This document shows, piece after piece, positions 19,891 through 27,465 of a DNA stretch of 64,000 nucleotides (within the stretch, counting starts at the first letter, position 1; each line of letters starts with the position of its first letter). The translations under genes and the position numbers were made by a program. Under the pieces are notes generated by a model. It was not told the DNA's origin, searched no databases, and worked only from the letters and a program-made list of their open reading frames with translations. Source of the DNA: Candidatus Bathyarchaeota archaeon (GTDB lineage: Archaea; Thermoproteota; Bathyarchaeia; Bathyarchaeales; Bathycorpusculaceae); the NCBI GenBank assembly GCA_963828195.1, contig CAWHDT010000005.1, positions 832,001 through 896,000 of the forward strand. The letters run 5' to 3'.

Positions 19891-20679
19891 TTAGATACCG
19901 AGATAAGCTGGTTTGGTGCCAACAGTAAACACGACGTATCTGCCGGTGCCGAAAAACGTGTTAACGCCCGTCAAAAAAGATTTCACTTGAACAAGCCCTG
20001 CGCTGCGAAAAATCTCATTCATCTCTTTAACTGAAGGCGTATAAAAAACTCTGTTCAAAGCGTACTTGCTAAACCACCCAGATTCAGGACCACAAACAAT
20101 CACTTTTCCGTTCGGATTTGCAACCCTAGCTAACTCTTTTAACACTTTTTCGGGGTCAGGGAAATACTCTATGGCTCCAACAGAAATAACTGCGTCAAAA
20201 GAACCATCGATAAACGGCAGGTTTTCCGCGTCGCCCCTTGAAATTGATAGCGTTGCCTTTTTTGAATGTAGGTTCTTAACTGCCCTGTTTAACTGCACGG
20301 GATTCATATCTAAACCCACAACTTCGCAAACGTCTCCCCTGCCCAGAATCCCTGAGGTAGTGTAGCCTGTGCCGCAGCCGACATCAAGCACCCGCAGGTC
20401 AACGCCCATTTCAATTTGGCTTACCATTTCATTTCTCATCGTGTCAGTGTAAAGATAGGGGTTCAAAATGTCGTAGGCAGCCGAAAATACCCTGTAAAAA
20501 TTCAGCGCTTTCTGCTTATCTGCAAGTAAACCCTGCGTTTTCTGGGTGCCATCAGATGCTGCTCCTTTTTGCTTTGCCCAAACATAACTAAAAGCTATGA
20601 AACTCATAAATCCAGTAAGTAAACTTGCAAAGAAAAACAGGACTGAAGAAGCAATCTTCTCATTTGATTTGTTGTTCAC
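19891..20679 (-). CDS. Membrane-anchored SAM-dependent quinone methyltransferase (UbiE/MenG; VTE3/MPBQ-like)
   Basis: N-terminal TM; FYRVFSAAYDILNP, VLDVGCGTG, GDAENLPF, SVGAIEYFPDP. Confidence 0.8.
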   Translation of the reverse strand: MNNKSNEKIASSVLFFFASLLTGFMSFIAFSYVWAKQKGAASDGTQKTQGLLADKQKALNFYRVFSAAYDILNPYLYTDTMRNEMVSQIEMGVDLRVLDVGCGTGYTTSGILGRGDVCEVVGLDMNPVQLNRAVKNLHSKKATLSISRGDAENLPFIDGSFDAVISVGAIEYFPDPEKVLKELARVANPNGKVIVCGPESGWFSKYALNRVFYTPSVKEMNEIFRSAGLVQVKSFLTGVNTFFGTGRYVVFTVGTKPAYLGI

Positions 20680-21206
20680 GGGTTAATTACCACGTTGCCC
20701 CACATGCCGAGTGTTACGTGTCCAGGAACTTGGCAGATGTAGTTATAGTTGCCTGATTTGGTGACTTTAAAAATTACTGATCCGGTTTGGTTCACTTCTA
20801 TTGGGACTGCGCCGCTGTCAATTTGTGCGCCAAATAGCACTTTTGCTGAAGTTTGGTTGGTTGTGGTCAATGCCCAATTGTGAGGCATGGTTCCTACGTT
20901 GATGACGGTCATGTTTACAACGTCGCCAACTATAAATGTCAAGGTTGGACCGGGCGCAGTTATAGAGGTTGAGCTATTCCCAAACCCATAAACAATTAAG
21001 GAAACCTGCCCGGCATACAGAGTTACAAAAACATTGGGCGGAGGCAGCGGCTTTGGTGTACCGACGCCTGCGAACACAGCAGCCGCCAACAAAACAAGAA
21101 TCCCCAAAGCAACAAAACCCGTGGTTAACAGTTTTTTGCTGGCTCCTGGGGTTTGCTCATAAAAAATGTAGACTAGCAACGCAAAAGCGATGAGTTCCGC
21201 GCTCAC
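20676..21206 (-). CDS. Membrane-anchored blue-copper (sulfocyanin/rusticyanin-like) protein; true start probably 21330 across a frameshift
   Basis: Type-1 Cu ligands PHN...YICQVPGHVTLGMWG; the hydrophobic in-frame reading continues upstream to ~21293. Confidence 0.85.
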   Translation of the reverse strand: MSAELIAFALLVYIFYEQTPGASKKLLTTGFVALGILVLLAAAVFAGVGTPKPLPPPNVFVTLYAGQVSLIVYGFGNSSTSITAPGPTLTFIVGDVVNMTVINVGTMPHNWALTTTNQTSAKVLFGAQIDSGAVPIEVNQTGSVIFKVTKSGNYNYICQVPGHVTLGMWGNVVINP

Positions 21207-21326
21207 AAGAAACCCGAAAACTCTCTGCTGAGTTATGAAATCCAGAAGCCAAATGGAGATTCCTACGATGACAAGAAAAGTTATGAGGGAAAAACGCGAT
21301 TAAACGCAGGGGGTCGCCGGTACGCT

Positions 21327-22838
21327 TCATTGCTTTGCCCCCGCTCCCTCATAGGCTAAAACATATTTGCGAAGCATCATGCACATAAAAAAAGCCGAGG
21401 CAACGAAGCTCGTCACAGCCATAACGAAAAACGGCGCATTCGCCAAAATGTTAGGCAACATGTTCACTGCTGACGCCAAAGAAACTGAAGCAACCACCAA
21501 GAAAACAACGAAGAGGGCGGTGAATCTATTTAGTATGCTTTCGGCTGCATTTCTGGCGTATTTGATAAGGTGTTTCTTTCTTTGAGCAGACACCATGTTT
21601 TGGGCAGGCGAAACGGGTTTTGGTTGGCTGGGCAAAGTAGATGTAGCTTGTGTGTTGGTTGCTTTTGTTTTTCCTCTCCACCGATAAACCGACAGCACGG
21701 CAGCGGCAGTTACGGCGGCAAGTCCGAACAAAACTATGACAGCCTGATAATTAGGAATTATCCGTCCAGGAGTCAAATAGCCCCAAATGGTTAACGCGAT
21801 AAGCTCCACGATTAATACGGACCCGATTGTAGCATAAAATGGTCTTTGGCTAAGGTCGCGACGTTTACTATGATCGTAAAACGGCATCAGGAAAAGAAGC
21901 ACCCCAAAAGCAATCACCGCCACCAAAACGTAAACTGCAGCTGGACCCTCAAATACCTGGATTTTCAGAAGCTGATAAAGCCACAGCAGGTACCAGTCAG
22001 GCTGAACAGTGATTGAGCCAGCGGTTGCAGGTGAATATGCAGGCGGCAAAACGAGCGGGAAAAGCGAGGCAACTGCAAGCAAAATAGCGATGTAAACGCT
22101 GAAAAGCATGACGGCGTAGAGGAAAACTTTTGGGAACCACGGCTGGATCTTGTCTGATTTCGGTTTTCCGTATGCTGGCACGTAAGCTGGACCATGTACC
22201 TCGTACATGTAAATTTTCAATCCAAGTAGACCGATAATGGCTAATGGAAGGAAGACTGTGTGTATGTGAAGAAAGGATATTATTTCTGAATCATTGCTGC
22301 CGGAGCCTACTGCAACGAACTTTCCGAGATTTGCTATCCCCGTTGGGAAAAAGTTGAGGAATCCGATGGCGACGTCGCTGGCAGACTTTGAAATTACTGT
22401 CCACGGCAAAAGATAGCCTGTTATGCCGAAACTAACCACGACAACGCCTAATGCGATTCCTACCAGCCACATCAAATCTCTATTGCCTTTGTGTGCACTG
22501 CCAAAATAATTTCTAACTAAGTGCAAAAAAGTAAGCAGAATCATCGCGTAAGCACCGTATAGGTGGATGGTTTCCACGAGCGAACCCAGAGGAACCGAGC
22601 TGATTATGGAAGCCGTTGACGAGTATGCTTGAGCGGATGTGGGGACATAGTAGAGAAGCATGAATATGCCTGTTGTAGCCTGCAAACCAAAAGTCACCGC
22701 CAAAAGCAGTCCCAGCCAGTAAATAGGGTTCATCGCGAAGTCTGGAATTGGCTTAAGCGGCGTCTTTGCGAAGCCGAACTTCACGTCAAACCAGTCAACA
22801 AGCTTGTCGTAGGCGGTTTTCTCGGTTTGCTCACTCAT
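21327..22838 (-). CDS. Cytochrome b of a Rieske/cytochrome b complex (unsplit, with extra C-terminal TMs)
   Basis: TGIFMLLYYVP, heme His pairs in IHLYGAYAMILLTFLH and HIH...EVHG, GYLLPW, Qo motif PDWY. Confidence 0.92.
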   Translation of the reverse strand: MSEQTEKTAYDKLVDWFDVKFGFAKTPLKPIPDFAMNPIYWLGLLLAVTFGLQATTGIFMLLYYVPTSAQAYSSTASIISSVPLGSLVETIHLYGAYAMILLTFLHLVRNYFGSAHKGNRDLMWLVGIALGVVVVSFGITGYLLPWTVISKSASDVAIGFLNFFPTGIANLGKFVAVGSGSNDSEIISFLHIHTVFLPLAIIGLLGLKIYMYEVHGPAYVPAYGKPKSDKIQPWFPKVFLYAVMLFSVYIAILLAVASLFPLVLPPAYSPATAGSITVQPDWYLLWLYQLLKIQVFEGPAAVYVLVAVIAFGVLLFLMPFYDHSKRRDLSQRPFYATIGSVLIVELIALTIWGYLTPGRIIPNYQAVIVLFGLAAVTAAAVLSVYRWRGKTKATNTQATSTLPSQPKPVSPAQNMVSAQRKKHLIKYARNAAESILNRFTALFVVFLVVASVSLASAVNMLPNILANAPFFVMAVTSFVASAFFMCMMLRKYVLAYEGAGAKQ

Positions 22839-22846
22839 GCCTTATC

Positions 22847-23800
22847 TCATCCCATAACGGTGGATTGAGTAACCAATTCACCCTGCAAATCATACTGCAT
22901 CACAGAAGCGGGGTTAGTTGTTCCAGGCGGACCATACCCAAAAATCGTAGGCGGACTCATACCGACAGCGCTTATATCGCCCGTAGCCGAATCAAGCTGC
23001 AGTGTAACCATGGGGACTGGCCTTGGAGCGGGGCCGCCGATTACTTTTGCGCCGTGGACAAAATCGTATTGCGATCCGTGGCAGCAACAATAGCCCATAG
23101 GAATTGCGGCCTTGTATGTGGAGTTGCAAACTGGTGAGCTGCCTGGCGACAAGAAACCGTACTGGCAACCTAAATGCTGGCAAATGGCGCTGAAAGCCAC
23201 TATGTCACCGTTCGGACCGATGCCGCCGGTGGCAGCTACGCCTAATTTAACGAGGTAGTTCGGCGTGTTGGTTAATGGATAATAGAAAACAACTGGTGTG
23301 AGGTTTGTGAGGCTATTTACGTTTGCGACAGTGACTATTGGCCAAGCTGCCACAGCGGTTGGCGGAGGCACAAACGTTCCAGCTTTCAAAGTTGACAACA
23401 AGGCTGCAACCGTTACTGCTCCTCCTGCAGCGGCTGCCAACTTCAGGAAATCGCGCCTCTGCATACCAGCGGGTTTTGGTTGGGCGGGAATAGGCGCTTG
23501 GGGCCCGGCAGGTATTCTTTCAAGAGTTACGGGGGGTGGAACCTGCGTAAAAGCTTCGGTGAATTCGCCGACAAGAGGGTATCTGAAAACGTTATCTTCG
23601 CCGTGAGGGGCTTTTTTTATGGCTTCAGTCAAATCCTCGCTTTGAGTGTGCATACCCATGTGTTTTCCTTGGGGCCAAAGCTTGCTGCTTGATAAATCGT
23701 AGACTTTGCCTTTGAAAACTATGTATAACGGGTGACCGTTTAACCCGTCGAATTGTTTCAAATCGTCAGAAGCGAATTTCTTTACCTTAGCTTCACCCAT
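22847..23800 (-). CDS. Cytochrome b5-like domain fused to Tat-anchored Rieske [2Fe-2S] protein
   Basis: YIVFKGKVYDLS...GKHMGMH...APHG (b5-like); internal QRRDFLK plus hydrophobic helix; CQHLGC and CCCHGSQY; GGPAPRP. Confidence 0.9.
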   Translation of the reverse strand: MGEAKVKKFASDDLKQFDGLNGHPLYIVFKGKVYDLSSSKLWPQGKHMGMHTQSEDLTEAIKKAPHGEDNVFRYPLVGEFTEAFTQVPPPVTLERIPAGPQAPIPAQPKPAGMQRRDFLKLAAAAGGAVTVAALLSTLKAGTFVPPPTAVAAWPIVTVANVNSLTNLTPVVFYYPLTNTPNYLVKLGVAATGGIGPNGDIVAFSAICQHLGCQYGFLSPGSSPVCNSTYKAAIPMGYCCCHGSQYDFVHGAKVIGGPAPRPVPMVTLQLDSATGDISAVGMSPPTIFGYGPPGTTNPASVMQYDLQGELVTQSTVMG

Positions 23801-24043
23801 AAAAACGTCTCACAGCTTATAAGCAGTTGAAAACCTGCTTACTACTTAGATTCTTTTTAAAGATAAATCTTTTGGCTGCCAAAATTTTGCTCTTTGATTT
23901 TTTAAGCATTCAAAACCTGAACATAGTCTCTTGCTGCCGCCGAAAAAAAAGTTGCTCGCAACGTTAAGAAAGAAAAAAATTGTTTCAAAAGTATATGTAT
24001 ATAAAATTCCTTGACAATTTGACTTTTTTATTCGGTGCGCAAT

Positions 24044-24316
24044 ATGAAATCTTCATCATCGCAAAGGCTTCAAAATGCCGACGGAAAACAAAAGGCGAAA
24101 ACTGCTGCGTGTATGCGTTGCGGTGTTTGTCTGCGGGTTTGTCCTCACAACTTGAGTCCTGTTCTAATCAAAGAAGCTTTTGAAAAAGGCAAAAAGGAAA
24201 AACTAAAGCAGCTGAGAGTGGATCTGTGCGAGGGCTGCGGAAACTGCAGTTACGGTTGCCCTTCAAGAATCGATCTTAGAAGCTCAGTGCTTAGAGCAAA
24301 AGCTTCGCTGCGTTAA
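24044..24316 (+). CDS. Small 2x[4Fe-4S] protein resembling the RnfC C-terminal domain
   Basis: CMRCGVCLRVCP and CEGCGNCSYGCPSRIDL. Confidence 0.8.
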   Translation: MKSSSSQRLQNADGKQKAKTAACMRCGVCLRVCPHNLSPVLIKEAFEKGKKEKLKQLRVDLCEGCGNCSYGCPSRIDLRSSVLRAKASLR

Positions 24317-24452
24317 AAAAGCTTTAAGAGCACTAAATATTTTCTTTAACGCAGGAGTCAAGGTTCTTGCCTAAGCAGTAATTCCGCTCAGAGAATATTT
24401 ATATTAGGCTTCATTGTTTAACTGCAAGGAAAAACAAAGGATTCGAGCAATC

Positions 24453-24917
24453 TTGACTACTCCTCACGATGTTCCAGCGTCCAAATTCATCGATCGTTTA
24501 TCCAGGTATCTTAAGGAAAATGTTGATGAAGTTCAGCCTCTTCCATGGGCAACTTTTGCCAAAACCGGAAACCATGTAGAAAAGCAGCCGCAGAACCCGA
24601 ACTGGTGGTACACACGAAGTGCATCTATACTTCGTAAAGTCTATGTGTATGGTCCAATCGGGTTGGAGAAACTGCGTTCTGATTATGGCGGAAGAAAGAA
24701 TAACGGTGTTAAAAAGTCGCATGTTGTTAAGGCAGGCGGAAATAACATTCGTAAGATTCTTCAGCAGCTTGAGACTGCGGGATTAATTCAGACCTCTCGG
24801 CCTCAGGGCAGAATCATGACTCCTAAAGGGCGCAAGTTGCTTCAGGAGGTTGCTGGAGACTTGCATAAGGAAATAGTTAAGTCTGTTCCTGAGCTCAAGA
24901 AGTATCAAGGCGAATAG
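24453..24917 (+). CDS. rps19e: 30S ribosomal protein S19e
   Basis: TTG start; WATFAKTG, WWYTRSASILRKVY, IRKILQQLE. Confidence 0.96.
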   Translation: MTTPHDVPASKFIDRLSRYLKENVDEVQPLPWATFAKTGNHVEKQPQNPNWWYTRSASILRKVYVYGPIGLEKLRSDYGGRKNNGVKKSHVVKAGGNNIRKILQQLETAGLIQTSRPQGRIMTPKGRKLLQEVAGDLHKEIVKSVPELKKYQGE

Positions 24918-24922
24918 TTGCA

Positions 24923-25252
24923 ATGTCGGATGACGAGCTTGACGCAATTCGCAGAAGAAAACTTTCATCTATGCAGCACAGAGCGAGTGATGAGCAGAGG
25001 CAGTCTCAGGAAGAGGCGCAGTTTGAAGCTCAAAAGCAGGCGTTGCTGAACAAGATATTGTCGCCTGAGGCTCGGCAAAGGCTAAATAATCTTAAGATGG
25101 TTAAGGCTGAGTTTGCGGAGCAAATTGAGTTGCAGCTGATTCAGATGGCGCAGGCAGGTAAGTTGCCTATTCCGTTGTCTGATGCTCAGCTTAAAGGTAT
25201 ATTGATTCAGCTTCAATCACGGAAGCGAGAACCAACAATTAGAAGGATATGA
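24923..25252 (+). CDS. PDCD5-family DNA-binding protein
   Basis: ELDAIRRRKL, ILSPEARQRLNNLKMVK; conserved synteny. Confidence 0.93.
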   Translation: MSDDELDAIRRRKLSSMQHRASDEQRQSQEEAQFEAQKQALLNKILSPEARQRLNNLKMVKAEFAEQIELQLIQMAQAGKLPIPLSDAQLKGILIQLQSRKREPTIRRI

Positions 25253-25256
25253 AAGT

Positions 25257-25415
25257 ATGGCGCGTGTTAAACCTACAGCGAAAAAGCTTCGGCTAGCTAA
25301 AGCTGGAAAAGAATCAGCGGGTGTTCCCACATGGGTGATTGCCCGAACTGACGGTAAAGTTAGAAATAACCCTAAGCAGCAGCGAAACTGGCGAAAAAGG
25401 AAAATAAAGGCGTAG
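25257..25415 (+). CDS. rpl39e: 50S ribosomal protein L39e (absent from ORF track)
   Basis: MARVKPTAKKLRLAKAGKESAGVPTWVIARTDGKVRNNPKQQRNWRKRKIKA, between PDCD5 and L31e. Confidence 0.93.
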   Translation: MARVKPTAKKLRLAKAGKESAGVPTWVIARTDGKVRNNPKQQRNWRKRKIKA

Positions 25416-25430
25416 GAGACGAAGGGCTAA

Positions 25431-25910
25431 ATGGTCAAATTAGAGGAACAGAAAGCTAAAGAACAAGAAGAAGAAGTGCCTGAAGTTAGCGAAGAGGGAA
25501 CCGTTGAGAAAGAAGAGCCTGTAGAGGCAGAAGTGGCTCCGGCTGAAGTGCAGCCCGCCGAGGAAGAGGCTGAAGAGGAAGCTAAGCCCAAGAAGAAGAA
25601 AGAGGAAGAAGAAATTGTTGAAGAACGCACCTACACGATTCCTCTGTCAAGAGCGCTGGTTAGGCCGCCGAAAAAGCGTGCTCCACGTGCAATGCAGCTG
25701 ATAAAGATTTTCATAACCAAACATATGAAGTTGGAGATGAAGGTTTCTGAGGAAGAGGAAGAAGAGGAGTTGCCTCAGCTTATAATAAGTCAGGAAGTTA
25801 ACGAAAAAATCTGGGACCGCGGCATCGAGAAGCCTCCGCGAAAAATCCGGGTCCGCGCAGCAAAAGACAAAGACGGCAACGTAACCGTCTACTTAGCTGA
25901 AGCCCAATAA
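25431..25910 (+). CDS. rpl31e: 50S ribosomal protein L31e with acidic extension
   Basis: ERTYTIPL, KRAPRAM, VNEKIWDRGIEKPPRKIRV. Confidence 0.95.
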   Translation: MVKLEEQKAKEQEEEVPEVSEEGTVEKEEPVEAEVAPAEVQPAEEEAEEEAKPKKKKEEEEIVEERTYTIPLSRALVRPPKKRAPRAMQLIKIFITKHMKLEMKVSEEEEEEELPQLIISQEVNEKIWDRGIEKPPRKIRVRAAKDKDGNVTVYLAEAQ

Positions 25911-26003
25911 AACATCTCCTCAACCATTTTTAAAATATATTTCGGTTATGCAATAGACGTTTTTGTGCATATGCCCCGTATCTGGCTTTTGCTGTAAAGT
26001 TTT

Positions 26004-26106
26004 AATTTTGAAAGAACAACAACACCCGGAAAACAACTGTTGTTCTTCTCGGTAATCAATATTTTTAAAAGAAGAAGAAGCTTAGTGAAATCGTTTTTCT
26101 TCTTCC
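26004..26106. repeat. Diverged copy of the dispersed double-hairpin repeat
   Basis: aaagaacaacaacacc...tgttgttcttctcgg...aaaagaagaagaagc...ttttcttcttc, colinear with 35134-35230. Confidence 0.85.
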
Positions 26107-26885
26107 GCCTGTTTCTTTTTCGTGACGATTTTTTGGCACACAAACTAAGCAGGTCTAAAGGTGAGCAGGTTTGGTCAGGATTTGTTTGGTTTGCCCCTCT
26201 ATAAAGGGGTATAAATGGAGTTTTTTGCCTCTTTATGAAGAGGTGAAACAGGCTGACGTGTAAGGTACAATAAGTTCAACAAATGGCAGTCCTGAGTGCG
26301 TTCAGGTCTTCCGCCAAATTTTGGGGTGCTACTGCTTCCCTCAGAAAACGAAAAGCTAAATGCTACGGGGCAAAAAATGGTGATTAAGCGGATTTAGCCG
26401 CGTGCCAACCTTGCTATGTCGCAAAAAGAGCGGGGGACGCGCCTTTGCAAAGTTAGCAGCCAGACCCACTTAACAACTGGCTCTTAGCTGTTTGCTTGTT
26501 CTTGTTAACAGCATATGATTCTTGTAGATATAAGAAAATGTTGTCACATAGTGAAGCAACAACCGCTCGGCAACTGAAACGATTTGGCGCCGAAAAAATT
26601 TTATTTCAAAATAAATTTGGTTGCCTGAGGCTTTTCGGCACCTAAAATATGGTGAATAGCTTTCCTTGTGATTATAGATGAAGCGGTTGCTACCTAAGAT
26701 TTATCGTGTGGGCCAAAGCAAGGGCTTAAATGCTTTCACTTTATTTTATGAGAGAAAATGCGCACTCAGAACCATTAAATTCACATTGTACTGTTTCTGG
26801 CGCTAAGATTCGGCGGCAAATATCAATGTTGCAGAAAACTTTACTTTATAGTGCAAGATACAAAATAATCTGTAAAAACATAAAA

Positions 26886-27101
26886 TCAGTATGTTACCTT
26901 GAAACACTTGCCGCAATTTGGGCAAATATAGGAGGCTAATCTGAAGTAAGAGTTTTCTATTTTCTTTTCAGGTGCCTCAATCTTCGATCCGCAATTAGGA
27001 CAGCTAACATTTTCAAATGAATTTTTGAAAATAATCACCGGTTGTAAGATGGCAATGTACAAACTGCTGAAAAGAATAAAAGAATATGTGTGTTGCATCA
27101 A
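26886..27101 (-). CDS. Small CPxCG zinc-ribbon protein (start uncertain)
   Basis: CPNCG...CPNCG in the C-terminal 40 aa. Confidence 0.55.
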   Translation of the reverse strand: MMQHTYSFILFSSLYIAILQPVIIFKNSFENVSCPNCGSKIEAPEKKIENSYFRLASYICPNCGKCFKVTY

Positions 27102-27465
27102 GCAATCACACAGATCCGGATGTTAACTTTCAACTGAGCCAATATCCCAATAATTCGAGTTAATGAAACGATTTTTTGGTAAGAATCTTGCAAAAGAATA
27201 AACGCTTGGGCGAAACCGAAAAGGAAATCGAGCGGATTACTCGCCATTCTATTTTCTCGTGAGTACCTAATTTGAGTCATTAAATTCATCAAAACACAGG
27301 CGTATTTTTTTCTCTGTCGATACGTACATTATTAATACTTGGTCACTATCTATTCATGAATAAGTAGCTCAGATGAATTTAGTGTAAAGCATATTGAGCC
27401 ATCTTGGGGTGTGCAGTATTATCAAAAAAGCAGAGAGAGAGAAACACTATAAAGGAGTTCCGCAT

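Noticed and set aside
22847-23470. Rieske domain as arsenite oxidase small subunit AioB
   Set aside because: No molybdopterin large subunit nearby; the adjacent cytochrome b indicates a bc-type complex.
26418-26455. aaagagcgggggacgc resembling part of a c-di-GMP-I riboswitch
   Set aside because: The other conserved elements (GCAAAC, paired stems) could not be found in the right order.
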